Below, in pieces: positions 31,671-42,921 of a stretch of DNA of 64,000 nt (positions are counted from its first letter, which is position 1; every line of letters starts with the position of its first letter). A program made the position numbers and the translations under genes. The stretch is from NCBI GenBank assembly GCA_963719315.1, contig CAVRBU010000013.1, positions 32,001-96,000 on the forward strand, given 5' to 3'. The stretch comes from an uncultured Planctomycetota bacterium. GTDB lineage: Bacteria > Planctomycetota > Planctomycetia > Pirellulales > Lacipirellulaceae. The notes under the pieces were generated by a model. The model worked only from the letters and a program-made list of their open reading frames with translations, did not search any database and had not been told where the DNA came from.

Positions 31671-34229
31671 TTACGAATCCGCGCTTTCGCTCGAGCTTTC
31701 TCCGCCATCGGCGGCCGCGCCGACCGGCTCCGGCACCGGCTGGTCCTTGGCCGCGCGGCCTTCGAATACGAGCTGCTTCTTGTCGCCGACCTTTTTGACC
31801 TCGATCTTGATGAGGTTCTTGCCGGCAAACTCGCCCTTGAGCAGTTCCTCGGCCAGCGGGTCTTCGACGAAAGTCTCGATCGCCCGCCGCAGCGGCCGCG
31901 CGCCGTAATCGGTGTTCGAGCCCTTCTTGACGAGGAACTCCTTTGCCTCTTCGGTAAGCTCGATGAGCAACCCTTTTTCCTTCAGGCGCTCGCGGACCTT
32001 GCTCAACTCGAGATCGACCACGTGCTTCAAATCCTCCTCGTTCAAATGGCGGAAGACGATGATGTCGTTCACGCGGTTGATGAATTCCGGCCGGAATACC
32101 TTTTCGATTTCCTCGACGACGCGGCCCTTCATACTTTCGTAGGTCGCGTCCTGGTCTGGCTTGGCGAAGCCGAATGCCGCCTCGTTCTTAATCGCTTCGG
32201 CCCCGGCGTTGGTCGTCATGATCAGGATCGTGTTGCGAAAGTCGATGTTCCGGCCGAAGCTGTCGGTCAGCCGGCCTTCTTCCATCACCTGCAATAGCAT
32301 GTTGAATACTTCCGGGTGGGCCTTTTCGATTTCGTCGAGCAGTACCACCGCGTACGGTCGGCGGCGAATTTGCTCGGTAAGCTGGCCTCCTTCCTCGTAG
32401 CCGACATATCCCGGCGGGGCGCCGATCAGCCGGCTCACGTTGTGCTTCTCCATGTATTCGCTCATGTCGATTTGAATGAGAGCTTCGGAGTCGCCAAACA
32501 TGAACTCGGCCAGCGCCTTTGCAAGCAACGTCTTGCCGACGCCGGTCGGCCCGGCGAACACAAACGTGCCGGTCGGGCGCTTCGGATCCTGCAGACCGCT
32601 GCGGCTGCGGCGCACGGCCCGGGCGACGGCTTTGATGGCCTCGTCCTGGCTGATGACGCGCTTGTGCAGCTCGGTTTCCATCTGCATCAGGCGGAGCGAA
32701 TCTTCAGTCGTCATCCTCGTGAGCGGAATTCCGGTCATCTTTGAGACGACTTCGGCAATCACATCCTCATCGACGACGCCACCGTTCTCGCGCGACTTCT
32801 CGCGCCATTCTTTGGTGATCGTCTGCTTCTTCTTCTTGAGCTTGTCGGCTTGATCGCGCAATCGAGCCGCCTGCTCGAAATCCTGGTTTGCAACCGCCTC
32901 TTCTTTCTGGCGATTGAGCGCTTCGACCTCATCATCAATCTCCTTGAGATTGGGCGGCTTCGACATACTCTTAAGTCGCACGCGGGCGCCGGCTTCGTCG
33001 ATCACGTCGATCGCCTTATCCGGCAGGCAGCGGCCCGTGATGTAGCGGTCCGACAAGTCAACCGCAGCTTGCACCGCATCGTCCGTGATTTGCACGCGAT
33101 GATGCTCTTCATACCGATCGCGGAGACCACGCAGAATCTGTACAGTATCTGCGGGCGTGGTGGGCTCGATAAGCACTTCCTGGAACCGGCGAGCAAGGGC
33201 CGAGTCCTTCTCGATGTACTTGCGGTACTCGTCGAGGGTGGTGGCACCGATGCACTGAATTTCACCGCGGGCCAGGGCTGGTTTGAGGACATTCGAGGCG
33301 TCGATCGCCCCTTCGGCTCCGCCTGCACCAACCAACGTGTGCAACTCGTCGATGAACAGAATCGTGTTCTTCGCCCGGCGGACTTCGTTCATCACTGCTT
33401 TAATCCGCTCTTCGAATTGGCCGCGGTACTTGGTGCCGGCGACCATCATTGCCAGATCGAGCACCACAATTCGGCGATCGAGCAAGAGCTCGGGCACGTC
33501 GCCTTCGATAACGCGCTGCGCGAAGCCTTCGACGATGGCCGTCTTGCCGACGCCCGCTTCGCCCAACAAAACCGGGTTGTTCTTCGTGCGGCGACTGAGT
33601 ATCTGAATCGCTCGCTCGATTTCGTTCTCGCGACCGATAACGGGGTCGAGCTTCTTTTGGCGAGCGAGCTCAGTGAGGTCGCGACCAAAGCTGTCCAGCG
33701 CCGGTGTCTTGCTGCGGCTCTTGCGGCCTTCGTTGCCTTCCTCGCCAACTCCACCGCGGCCACCACGCTCACTGCCCTCTGCGCCTTCGATACCGTGGCC
33801 GAGCAGGTTGAGAACTTCCTCACGGACCTCTTCCAACTTCAGACCGAGGTTCATAAGCACCTGAGCCGCCACCCCCTCTTGTTCGCGCAACAGGCCGAGC
33901 AGAATGTGCTCGGTACCCACGTAGTTGTGGTTGAGGTTACGGGCCTCTTCCATCGAGTATTCGATGACCTTTTTGGCGCGCGGTGTCTGCGGCAGCTTGC
34001 CCATCGTGACCATGTCCGGTCCGCTCTGGACGAGCTTCTCGACTTCGAGGCGAATCTTCCGCAGATCGACGTCGAGGTTCTTGAGCACGTTGGCGGCCAC
34101 GCCGCTGCCCTCTTTGATGAGGCCCAACAATACATGCTCGGTGCCAATATACTCGTGATTGAATCGCTGCGCCTCTTGGTTGGCGAGCTGCATCACCTTC
34201 CGGGCTCGGTCGGTAAATCGTTCGTACAT
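31671..34229 (-). CDS. clpC: ATP-dependent Clp protease ATPase subunit ClpC
   Basis: [11 protein letters not shown]lp-N repeats, [11 protein letters not shown] domain ([11 protein letters not shown]), [15 protein letters not shown]. Confidence 0.96.
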   Translation of the reverse strand: MYERFTDRARKVMQLANQEAQRFNHEYIGTEHVLLGLIKEGSGVAANVLKNLDVDLRKIRLEVEKLVQSGPDMVTMGKLPQTPRAKKVIEYSMEEARNLNHNYVGTEHILLGLLREQEGVAAQVLMNLGLKLEEVREEVLNLLGHGIEGAEGSERGGRGGVGEEGNEGRKSRSKTPALDSFGRDLTELARQKKLDPVIGRENEIERAIQILSRRTKNNPVLLGEAGVGKTAIVEGFAQRVIEGDVPELLLDRRIVVLDLAMMVAGTKYRGQFEERIKAVMNEVRRAKNTILFIDELHTLVGAGGAEGAIDASNVLKPALARGEIQCIGATTLDEYRKYIEKDSALARRFQEVLIEPTTPADTVQILRGLRDRYEEHHRVQITDDAVQAAVDLSDRYITGRCLPDKAIDVIDEAGARVRLKSMSKPPNLKEIDDEVEALNRQKEEAVANQDFEQAARLRDQADKLKKKKQTITKEWREKSRENGGVVDEDVIAEVVSKMTGIPLTRMTTEDSLRLMQMETELHKRVISQDEAIKAVARAVRRSRSGLQDPKRPTGTFVFAGPTGVGKTLLAKALAEFMFGDSEALIQIDMSEYMEKHNVSRLIGAPPGYVGYEEGGQLTEQIRRRPYAVVLLDEIEKAHPEVFNMLLQVMEEGRLTDSFGRNIDFRNTILIMTTNAGAEAIKNEAAFGFAKPDQDATYESMKGRVVEEIEKVFRPEFINRVNDIIVFRHLNEEDLKHVVDLELSKVRERLKEKGLLIELTEEAKEFLVKKGSNTDYGARPLRRAIETFVEDPLAEELLKGEFAGKNLIKIEVKKVGDKKQLVFEGRAAKDQPVPEPVGAAADGGESSSESADS

Positions 34230-34678
34230 GTATCTCTCCGGTGTAAGCAGCTAGCAAAATCCGCCGGGCGGAGATTTGCCGGTACGCTCTAATTGTACGT
34301 GTCAAGTCAAATGGGTCGCTGCGTTGGTCAGGCGAGCCAAGTCGGACCCGTTAGGATCGGCGATATGCAAGTAGATTCTTCAGCATTTGGGCGCGTTGCG
34401 CGTAGGTGCCACTCGGCAGCCTTCGTCCTGCTCAGGCGAACCGCGGCACCCACCCGGCAACTCGCCGATTGGACGCCGAATGGCACTTTGCGCCAACCGC
34501 AGAGCCTGAGAAAGTGTAGCCCCGGAATAGCTGCCATTCAAGGCAAGTAGTACGGCCATTTGGAGTTACGACGAGTAGCGAATCCTGCCTGGTTCTGTCC
34601 GCCCGGCGATTGAGCCACTATGATCGACAAGAGGTAGTAATACGTGTGTCTTTGATAGCAATCGTGCATTTGGGCCCT

Positions 34679-35776
34679 ATGTCGCAAATCGCTGTAATGC
34701 GAATTCTCGATGCCTCATTGAACCGGGCCACCGAAGGGCTACGCGTGGTCGAAGATTACGTGCGGTTCGTACTCGATGATCGGTTTTTGACAAGCCAAGC
34801 CAAAGACTTGCGACATGACCTAACGACTGTGGCGTCGATCCTGTCATCGCCCGAACGACATGCGGCCCGCAATACGGCGCAAGATGTCGGCACCACGATT
34901 TCTACCGAACGTGAAATCCAGCGGTCCGACACGTGGGATGTATGCCTGGCCAACCTCAAGCGTACCGAGCAATCGCTCCGCAGCCTCGAAGAATATGGAA
35001 AGCTTGTAAATCTTGACTTGGCTTGCCGATGCGAATCGCTCCGCTACCGGCTCTACACGCTGGAAAAAGCGATCGACGTGGGTCGCTCGAGCCGAGATCG
35101 ACTCTACAATGCATTGCTTTGCGTACTATTAGACGGCGGAAACAGCATTTCGGAGTTCGAGCAGCTTGCGCAGTCGCTCGTAGAGACGGGCATTGGCATG
35201 ATCCAACTCCGCGACAAGCACCTCGAAGACCGCCGATTGATCGACCGCGCCCGGCGGCTGCGACAACTCACCCAAAGCACGTTAACCCTGTGTATTATCA
35301 ACGACCGAGCCGACATTGCGGCGACCGTTGACGCCGATGGCGTCCATCTCGGCCAGGAAGATCTATGCGTCAAAGACGCCCGGTCGATCGTCGGCCCGCG
35401 AATGCTGATTGGCGTTTCGACCCACAGCATCATCCAGGCCCGGGCGGCCGTTTTGGATGGCGCCAATTACCTCGGTGCCGGACCGACGTTCGCCTCGAAC
35501 ACGAAAGCGTTCAAGCACTTCGCTGGCCTCGATTATTTGCAAGAGGTGGCTGACGAAATCCGCCTGCCGACGTTTGCGATCGGCGGCATCACCACCCGCA
35601 ACTTACCGAACGTGCTGGCGACCGGTATTTCGCGTGTCGCCGTGGGCAACGCGGTAACAGCCGTCGCCGATCCGGCTTGCGCGGCGCGGGAGTTGTTGAG
35701 TATGCTGGAACGGCAACCGGCCCGCGACCAGCGGTCGCGGCCATATGTCACAGATAATCTGGCCTTCGACTCTTGA
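34679..35776 (+). CDS. thiE: Thiamine-phosphate synthase with N-terminal helical (ThiD2-like) domain
   Basis: RILDASLNRATEGLRVVED; QLRDK, IINDRAD, GVHLGQED, STHS, FAIGGI. Confidence 0.9.
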   Translation: MSQIAVMRILDASLNRATEGLRVVEDYVRFVLDDRFLTSQAKDLRHDLTTVASILSSPERHAARNTAQDVGTTISTEREIQRSDTWDVCLANLKRTEQSLRSLEEYGKLVNLDLACRCESLRYRLYTLEKAIDVGRSSRDRLYNALLCVLLDGGNSISEFEQLAQSLVETGIGMIQLRDKHLEDRRLIDRARRLRQLTQSTLTLCIINDRADIAATVDADGVHLGQEDLCVKDARSIVGPRMLIGVSTHSIIQARAAVLDGANYLGAGPTFASNTKAFKHFAGLDYLQEVADEIRLPTFAIGGITTRNLPNVLATGISRVAVGNAVTAVADPACAARELLSMLERQPARDQRSRPYVTDNLAFDS

Positions 35777-35799
35777 CCCTCGAACCTCGACTTTTTCCA

Positions 35800-36873
35800 A
35801 TGCTGCACGCCGTAATCATGGCCGGCGGAACCGGCACCCGGTTCTGGCCGGCAAGTCGTAACGACACGCCGAAGCAGTTGCTCCGGCTAGTGGGCGAAGC
35901 CACAATGCTCCGCCAAACGCTCGATCGATTGGGCGACTTGGCGCCGAATGACCGGCGGATGGTCGTCACGAATAAGCGGTTGGTCGATTTGGTGCGCGAG
36001 CAGTTGCCCGAACTGCCGGCTTCGGCGATCGTCGGCGAGCCCTGCAAACGCGACACAGCGCCCTGTATCGGGCTGGCGGCGCTGTTGGTCAGCCGCCAAG
36101 ATCCAGATGCGACCATGGTCGTGATGCCGGCGGATCATATCATTCGGCCGGCCGAAAAATTCCAGGCTGCGATTCGACAGGCGGCTACGATGGTGGAAGC
36201 GTCGCCAGGGCGGATTGTGACGTTTGGGATCAAGCCATCGTACCCGGCGGAGGTATTTGGGTACATTCACCGCGGCGATATGCTTAATCCGCAAGTGCCG
36301 GCATTCCGCGTGAAGCAATTCAAGGAGAAGCCGGACGCCGCTACGGCCAAGAAGTACCTCGATTCGGGCGAATACTATTGGAACTCCGGAATCTTTGTGT
36401 GGCGTTCGGCCACGATTCTGGACGCCCTGCGAAAGCGGCAGCCCGATATGCTGGATCACCTCGAAAAAATCGTCGACGCCTGGAACTCAAAGAATCGCGA
36501 CCTCTTATTCGAAGGCGAGTTCGCCGCCATCAAACCTATTTCGATCGATTATGCAGTCATGGAACACGCCAACGATGTCGTCGTGATCGAAGCCCCCTTC
36601 GCGTGGGACGACCTGGGCGGCTGGCAGTCGCTTGCCAGGCTGATGGGCAGCGACGAAAGTGGCAACACAGTCATCGGCAAGCACCTGGGCCTCAACACGA
36701 ACGATAGCATCGTGCGGGGCCACGGCGATCACCTGATCGTCACGCTTGGCATCAAGGATTGCATCATTGTCCACACGCCAAACGCGACGCTCGTGGCCGA
36801 CAAACACAGTGAAGAGCAGATCCGCCAGGTCGTTAAACGGATGGAAGAATTGGGTTGGTCGGATTACTTGTGA
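35800..36873 (+). CDS. manC: Mannose-1-phosphate guanylyltransferase
   Basis: IMAGGTGTRFWPASR..PKQ, EPCKRDTAP, FKEKP, WNSG, SIDYAVME, WDDLG. Confidence 0.92.
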   Translation: MLHAVIMAGGTGTRFWPASRNDTPKQLLRLVGEATMLRQTLDRLGDLAPNDRRMVVTNKRLVDLVREQLPELPASAIVGEPCKRDTAPCIGLAALLVSRQDPDATMVVMPADHIIRPAEKFQAAIRQAATMVEASPGRIVTFGIKPSYPAEVFGYIHRGDMLNPQVPAFRVKQFKEKPDAATAKKYLDSGEYYWNSGIFVWRSATILDALRKRQPDMLDHLEKIVDAWNSKNRDLLFEGEFAAIKPISIDYAVMEHANDVVVIEAPFAWDDLGGWQSLARLMGSDESGNTVIGKHLGLNTNDSIVRGHGDHLIVTLGIKDCIIVHTPNATLVADKHSEEQIRQVVKRMEELGWSDYL

Positions 36874-36912
36874 CACCGCGACCCGCTGGGCGCGATTCGG
36901 CAGGCTACAATC

Positions 36913-37925
36913 ATGAATCGACGCCGTTTTTGTGCAGCCTTGGGAGCAACCGTTTGCGGCTTACGCGGCTCCGCGCGGAACCCGCTTCCCAGGCGCCTGC
37001 CGCGGCAGATACTAGTAGTTTCGACCTTATGACACTAATGAGTAAAACCGGCGGCGGAAAGCAATTCTGGGCCGACGTTTGGTTCTTCCACGATTGGCAC
37101 ATTCAGTGCCACGCGCTCACAAACCAGTATCGGCTGCTCGACGGCTCAAACCATCGCCAGGCATCGGGCACGTTCGAAGCCTGCCGCGACAAGCTGGAAG
37201 AAATCCGTCAGCGCGACAAGCTGCCACCAATGGAAGGCAAGGCGCTCATCCTGTTGCATGGCCTGTTCCGCACACGGGCGGCAATGTCGGCCCTCTGCAA
37301 AACAGTGAACGACGCGGGCGGCTACACCACGTTTTGCGTGGGTTACCCCACTACGCGCGGCAGCGTCGATTCGCACGCCCGCTCGCTCGACAGCGTGGTT
37401 CGCAGCCTCGAAGGCATGAGCCAAATCAATTTCGTCGCCCACAGCCTGGGGAATCTCGTCGTGCGTCGCTGGCTGTACAATTTCGACGAAGAGCAACGTA
37501 CGCTACCAAAGGGCCAGTCGTTCGGACGCATGGTGATGTTGGCGCCGCCGAATCGCCAGCCGCAGATTGCGACCACGCTGATTCGTGGTTCGGTGGCGAA
37601 TTTTGTCGCTGGCCCGGCCGCTCAAGAACTCGCCACCGGCTGGGAAGACTTGGAATCGAAGTTGGCAACGCCCAAATTCGAATTCGGCATTCTCGCCGGA
37701 GGCAAAGGCGACGATAAAGGCTACAACCCCCTGATCCCCGGTGATGATGACGCCGTCATCACGGTCGACGGTACGCGCCTGGCCGGTGCCCGCGATTTCC
37801 GCGTGCTACCTGTGATGCATACGTTTTTCATGGACGATAAGCGGGCCCAAGAGTTGACGCTGCGGTTCCTCAATGAAGGCCACTTCGAGAGCGATGCGAG
37901 CCGGCAACCAATAACGGCGGCATGA
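36913..37925 (+). CDS. Alpha/beta hydrolase (lipase-like), probably Tat-exported; frameshift near 36960
   Basis: LHGL, AHSLG, LAPPN, DD.VI, HTF. A Tat-like MNRRRFCAALG begins at 36913 in another frame. Confidence 0.8.
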
Positions 37926-38371
37926 ACTTGATGCGAATCGCCGGCATTGACTATGGCACCGTCCGGATCGGCATCGCGCTAGCCGATACCGAAGTCGGCA
38001 TCGCCGGACCATTCCAGAACTACTCCCGGCGTTCCGCGGCGCTCGATGCCGAATTCTTTGCGACTCTAACAAAAGCAGAACAAATCGGGCGTTTTATCAT
38101 CGGTCTGCCGGTTCACCTCGACGGCGGCGAGAGCCAGAAGTCAACCGAAGCCCGCACGTTTGGAGATTGGCTCGGCAACGCCACTGGTGTGCCGATCGAG
38201 TATTTTGACGAGCGGTTCACAACGGCCGAAGCCGAGTTGGTGCTGGGCGCGGCAAACCTCACGAAAAAGCAAAAGCAGGCTCGCCGCGATCAAATCGCCG
38301 CTCAAATCATGCTCACGGCATACCTCGAAGCCGGTGCCCGCGATCAAACAGATCCAGGCGCGATCGACTGA
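37922..38371 (+). CDS. ruvX: YqgF/RuvX nuclease
   Basis: GIDYGTVRIGIA, IGLP, DERFTT, D.IAAQIML. Confidence 0.92.
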   Translation: MNLMRIAGIDYGTVRIGIALADTEVGIAGPFQNYSRRSAALDAEFFATLTKAEQIGRFIIGLPVHLDGGESQKSTEARTFGDWLGNATGVPIEYFDERFTTAEAELVLGAANLTKKQKQARRDQIAAQIMLTAYLEAGARDQTDPGAID

Positions 38372-38486
38372 TCGCGTCCATCGTTTTGGTTTTCCGAGTA
38401 GCCGCGATTTTACGGATCGCCGGCCCCCGGCGAGCTATAAGCTCGCGGCTAGAGCACGCTTCATAACCATTTCCAAATACCATTGG

Positions 38487-39357
38487 ATGTCGAAGCTCAT
38501 TTTTGGCTGCGGTTACTTGGGACAGCTCGTCGCGCAACGATGGCGCATCGGCCGGCCACGAAGTGACTGCAGTCACTCGTAGCAAAGAGCGGGCAGAACA
38601 ATTTGAACGCGCTGGATTGTCCGCCATCGTCGCCGACGTCACACGGCCCACTTCGCTTCGCAGTCTGCCCAGCGCAGATACGGTTCTCTTTGCTGTCGGT
38701 TACAATCGTTCGACCTCCGCGTCTGCACCAACCATCGAAGAGGTTTACGCCGGCGGCATGCGGATCGTGCTAGCCGCCCTACCCTCAAACGTGGGCCGAT
38801 TCATCTACATCAGCACCACCGGTGTCTACGGTCCTGCCAGCGGCGAATGGGTCGATGAAACGACGCCGCCCGATCCGAGGCGCGAGGGAGGCCGGGCTTC
38901 CCTCGTGGCCGAGCAGGCGCTGGCCGCGCATCCGATGGGCGCCCGCAGCATCATCTTGCGACTGGCTGGCATTTACGGTCCGGGCCGCGTGCCATTCATC
39001 GACAAACTTCGTGCGGGCGAGCCAATTCCCGCCGCAGCGCGTGGCTACTTGAATCTCATCCACGTGGAAGACGCGGCGCGCGTAGTTGTGGCGGCGGACT
39101 GTGTTGAACAATCAACCATTGGCCCGCATGTCTATTGCGTCAGCGATGGTCACCCCGTCGCGCGAGGTGACTATTACAGTGAAGTGGCACGGCAAATCAA
39201 TGCTCCGCCGCCTCGATTTATCGAGCCCGATCCAAACTCGCCGCGAACTGCACGAGCCGAGAGCAACCGTCGCATTCGCAACGACCGGATGCTCGCCGAC
39301 CTGCGCGTGAAGCTCGCATACTCCGACTATCGAGCGGGCCTGGCCGCGATTCTCTGA
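38487..39357 (+). CDS. NAD-dependent epimerase/SDR (YeeZ-like); frameshift near 38545
   Basis: MSKLIFGCGYLG in one frame, then YISTTGVYG, LRLAGIYGPGR, NLIHVED. Confidence 0.85.
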
Positions 39358-39376
39358 AATGTAGTGATCGGCATCT

Positions 39377-39405
39377 CTAGTTCCTACGCTCTGCGCGGGA
39401 ACGAG
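39377..39405. repeat. Single REP-like hairpin
   Basis: ctagttcctacgc-tct-gcgcgggaacgag imperfect stem downstream of the stop codon. Confidence 0.45.
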
Positions 39406-39485
39406 TCGCCTGCCTCTGGTTGCGAACCTGCCCCCGAAACTTTATCATCGATGGTTCCCGCACTCGTCCGGTTTGAAGGAATTGC

Positions 39486-40277
39486 ATGGCCGTTTTGAAG
39501 CGTCAACCGCTGTTTCCGCACGTCATCGAGCTAAATACTCAAGCTCGGCGGCGGATCAGTTGCAGTGTGTATCTCATCTACGATGACGATAACAACTGGG
39601 CACTGATCGACCTGGGTTACGAAGACGCGGTCGACGAGTGCCTCGAAATCATTCGCCAGCTAGATTTTCCTTTCTCGAAGTGCGTAACGCTCATTGCTTC
39701 GCACGCCGACGTGGACCACATTCAAGGTTTTGCTAAGGCCAAGCAGATTCTCAAGACGACCGTCACCTGTCATCCTTTTGCTGCCAATCCGCTTGAATCG
39801 GGCGACAAGCTGATGACATACGCCGAGATTGCCGCCCAGAACATTCACCTCGAAATGCCAACCGTCAAGGTCGAGAATCTGGTGGAAGATGGCGACCGGA
39901 TTCGCGTTGGCAAGCTTGATCTCGAAGTTTGGCACACCCCAGGCCACACCGGCGGCCAACTCTCGTTCCGCCTCGGCAAGCTGCTGTTCTCGGGCGACAA
40001 CCTATTCCGCGACGGCTGTGTTGGCGCGATCGATGCCCACCATGGCAGCAGCATTCCCGATTTTATCAAGTCGCTGCAACGAATCCGTGCCAGCGACATC
40101 GAATGGCTGCTACCAAGCCACGGGCCCGTGTTTCGCAAGGATGATCGCCTGATTGACCGTACGATCGCCCGGCTCGAAACATATCTCCACATGGCCGACT
40201 TCGGCACGTGTGCTATCGACTGGCCGCTCATGGACCAGTGGGAACGGGAACTCGTCGACGGCAAGCAACCTGAATAG
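39486..40277 (+). CDS. Metallo-beta-lactamase-fold hydrolase
   Basis: SHADVDH, TPGHT, FSGD, LPSHG. Confidence 0.9.
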   Translation: MAVLKRQPLFPHVIELNTQARRRISCSVYLIYDDDNNWALIDLGYEDAVDECLEIIRQLDFPFSKCVTLIASHADVDHIQGFAKAKQILKTTVTCHPFAANPLESGDKLMTYAEIAAQNIHLEMPTVKVENLVEDGDRIRVGKLDLEVWHTPGHTGGQLSFRLGKLLFSGDNLFRDGCVGAIDAHHGSSIPDFIKSLQRIRASDIEWLLPSHGPVFRKDDRLIDRTIARLETYLHMADFGTCAIDWPLMDQWERELVDGKQPE

Positions 40278-40282
40278 GCAGG

Positions 40283-40342
40283 GTAGGTCGGACAATTCTG
40301 TCCGTCGCGCTAGCGGATGACGGACGGCAATGTCCGTCCTAC
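40283..40342. repeat. GTAG-type REP doublet (family D)
   Basis: GTAGGTCGGACAATTCTGTCCGTC ... GACGGACGGCAATGTCCGTCCTAC. Confidence 0.8.
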
Positions 40343-40472
40343 ATTGCCGCTAACCGGCAAAGTTTCACACGCTATCAGCCTCACTCGGTCCGGTCGTGCG
40401 GGTTGTGCCGGATTTTCGCTCAATCCGGTTTGTAACGCCGGTCGATGCTACTACGGACGCCGGCACCTCGCC

Positions 40473-40571
40473 GGGTGGCATGCCCTCGCTCGCCCGAGCA
40501 TGCTCACGCGAAGCAACTCACTCACCCGGGCGAGCGTGGGCATGTACTTGCTTCACGAGAGCTTGTCACCC
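40473..40571. repeat. Intergenic copy of palindromic family C
   Basis: Shares GGGTGGCATGCCCTCGCT, CATGCTCACGCG, GCGAGCGTGGGCATGTA and CGAGAGC.TG.CACCC with the reverse complement of 15520-15617. Confidence 0.88.
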
Positions 40572-40598
40572 GCACAGCTAACGACTCAGGGGGAAGTG

Positions 40599-40925
40599 AT
40601 GATCCGCCGGATATATTTCGCGGTAAGCGCCGTCGCGCTGCTCGCCGTCTTGTCGCCGGCCCCTCGTGCACACGCCGAACAGGCGTACGGCCGAGCCTGG
40701 GGCCACACGTACAACACGACAGATTGGGACCGCTTTTACCATTACCCATACGTGTATTACCCACAGAATTTTTGGGGCAATGAGTACTACCGCAGCGCGG
40801 ATAGTCTGTATTACCGCTATCCGGCCGAGATGCGGATTCCCGTTTACAATCGCCACTGGTTCAACGAATACCCCACTCCACGCCCATATTACCGAGGGGC
40901 CCACTTCGTCCTCGACATCTTCTAA
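40599..40925 (+). CDS. Small secreted Tyr/aromatic-rich protein
   Basis: AGGGGG RBS; signal peptide ending AHA; the 82-aa mature part has 16 Tyr. Confidence 0.8.
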   Translation: MIRRIYFAVSAVALLAVLSPAPRAHAEQAYGRAWGHTYNTTDWDRFYHYPYVYYPQNFWGNEYYRSADSLYYRYPAEMRIPVYNRHWFNEYPTPRPYYRGAHFVLDIF

Positions 40926-41363
40926 CCACCGGCCGGTGGTTTCAGAATAAGCATTGCCGCGGCGCTAGCCGCGGCAGGCTGTGCGTCATGGTCCGGGGGG
41001 ACACTCATCGGCGCACGTTTGAGGATGAGGCCAAGCAGACCGCGGCGCCGGCAATCAGCCGGCGCCGCGGTCTCGTCTTTTGGCCGTTTCTCGCGCAGCG
41101 CGATCCTCATCGAAATAGCCGCGACCCGACAGGTCGCCGACGCCCGTGAGTGGGCAGGCGACCCCTCGTGCTCACTCAAGGCGTCTGAATCCACTTTTGA
41201 AGCATTTCCTCCGGGTCCAATACCATGGCTGCCGATTGTACTTCCTTCTAATTTGTCGCTGGGGCGACGAGTTCTTCGGAAGTGGATTAGGCTAAGGAAC
41301 AAGCACCGCCTTGCATACATTCACTTCATGGTGCAGGCTGGAGGTTGACGCCCAAAAATCAGA

Positions 41364-42917
41364 ATGCAACGTATGCCGCGCTCGCAGGCAATCGCCGATT
41401 CACTCACCAAACAGCTCGATCAGAGCAGCCGGCCAATTTACGTGGTCGATGCGCAGCGGCGAATTGTGTATTGCAACTCGGCTTTATCCGCTTGGATCGA
41501 TTTGGAGCCGAAGCGAATTGTTGGCCGGCGCGTCGAATTCCACTCGGAAGAGCCGGACACGAATAATGCGGTCCGCAGAGACACGGCCCCGCTTACCGAT
41601 TTGTGCCCACCGCCGCACGCGCTGGCCGGCAATGCCGGCTATGGCACGATCAGTTGTCTGGCCCGCGACGGCCGCCTGCTCCATCGTGCGGCCGACTTCG
41701 TGCCGCTGGGCCGCGCTCCGAAGGCGCAACTACCTCGCGGCCAGCAGAGTTCGCAACAGGTCGCGGTGCTGGTGCTGCTTGCCAGTGAAGACCTGTCGCC
41801 GCAGGAGGTGGCGGCAGAGGTCGCCAGCGACCCGACGTCCGACGATCTGCATCGCACAATTCGCCGCTTTCGTCACCGTCAGGGCCAACGCTACTCGATC
41901 CAATCGTTACTCGGCACGAGTGCAGCAATGGAAAAGGTGCGGGCCCAAGTCGAGGCGGCTGCAGCCAGCGGCGCCAACACGCTGATTTACGGTCATCGTG
42001 GCAGCGGGCGGTCGCACGTTGCGTTGGCGATTCACTATCGAGGGGCAGACGATAATGATGCTTCACTCTTCCCCGTCGACTGCCAGACCCTGACCGACGA
42101 TATGATCGAGCGGACCCTAAACAAATTGCGCCCGTCCCGTACAGCCGACGCGCGACCCACGCTGCTGCTTGAAAACCTCGAATGCATGTCGGCGTCTCAT
42201 CAATTGCTGCTCTTGGCGGCGATTCGGCAGAATTCAATTGATGCCCGTGTCATTGCGACAAGCGGGCCTCGCCGTGCGCCGGATGAATTTGAGGGAAGTG
42301 GACTCGACGCGAAGGATACGGCCGAGGGCGGCGAAGGTGAAGCGAACGGCATACGGAGCATTCCTGCTAAGTTGGACCCCGCGCTGATTGGTGCTATCTC
42401 CACAATCTCTATTCGAGTTCCGCGGCTGGTCGAGCGGCTCGAAGATTTGCCGCTCCTCGCGCAGTTTTCCCTGGAAGCCTGTAATCGAAACAATGGCAAA
42501 CAAGTCGGCGCGATACGACCGGATGCACTCGATTCACTGGCACTCTACAGTTGGCCGGGCGAACTCGATCAATTGCATGAAACCATTGCAGCGGCCCACG
42601 CTGGTTGCACGTCGCACGAAATAACGGCCGCTGATCTGCCGCCGACTTTTTTCCATGCGTTTCGCTCGGCGACACATGTTCGCCGGCAACCCGAGCGGAT
42701 TGTGCTCGATGAATTGCTCGCCTCGATCGAAAAGGAAGCCATCATGCGGGCTCTCGCCCTTGCCGGCGGCAACAAGAGCGAAGCGGCCATGCTTTTGGGC
42801 ATGACGCGGCCGAGGTTATACCGTCGGCTGGTTCAGCTTGGCCTCGCTGGCGATGAGTCCGACGCCGTGGAGCCAACCGAGTCGCCCGAATTCATTGAAC
42901 AAGACGCGGCCGAGTAA
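41364..42917 (+). CDS. PAS + degenerate sigma54-type AAA+ + Fis-HTH regulator
   Basis: LLGTSAAM, GHRGSGRS (altered Walker A), no GAFTGA, YSWPGELDQL, GNKSEAAMLLGMTRPRLYRRL; GGAGG RBS. Confidence 0.85.
   Translation: MQRMPRSQAIADSLTKQLDQSSRPIYVVDAQRRIVYCNSALSAWIDLEPKRIVGRRVEFHSEEPDTNNAVRRDTAPLTDLCPPPHALAGNAGYGTISCLARDGRLLHRAADFVPLGRAPKAQLPRGQQSSQQVAVLVLLASEDLSPQEVAAEVASDPTSDDLHRTIRRFRHRQGQRYSIQSLLGTSAAMEKVRAQVEAAAASGANTLIYGHRGSGRSHVALAIHYRGADDNDASLFPVDCQTLTDDMIERTLNKLRPSRTADARPTLLLENLECMSASHQLLLLAAIRQNSIDARVIATSGPRRAPDEFEGSGLDAKDTAEGGEGEANGIRSIPAKLDPALIGAISTISIRVPRLVERLEDLPLLAQFSLEACNRNNGKQVGAIRPDALDSLALYSWPGELDQLHETIAAAHAGCTSHEITAADLPPTFFHAFRSATHVRRQPERIVLDELLASIEKEAIMRALALAGGNKSEAAMLLGMTRPRLYRRLVQLGLAGDESDAVEPTESPEFIEQDAAE
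42259..42370. repeat. Degenerate family A REP doublet in frame within the AAA+ regulator
   Basis: Right arm ACGGCATACGGAGCATTCCTGCTAA matches 5594-5618 at 18/25 positions. Left arm AGCGGG..CCGTGCGCCG can pair with it. Confidence 0.6.
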
Positions 42918-42921
42918 TGCT

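Noticed and set aside
31650..34292. Long antisense ORFs opposite clpC (also opposite galM, ruvB, metK and the IS630 transposase)
   Set aside because: These are shadow ORFs expected from GC-rich codon usage; they have no motifs or RBS and fully overlap recognisable genes.
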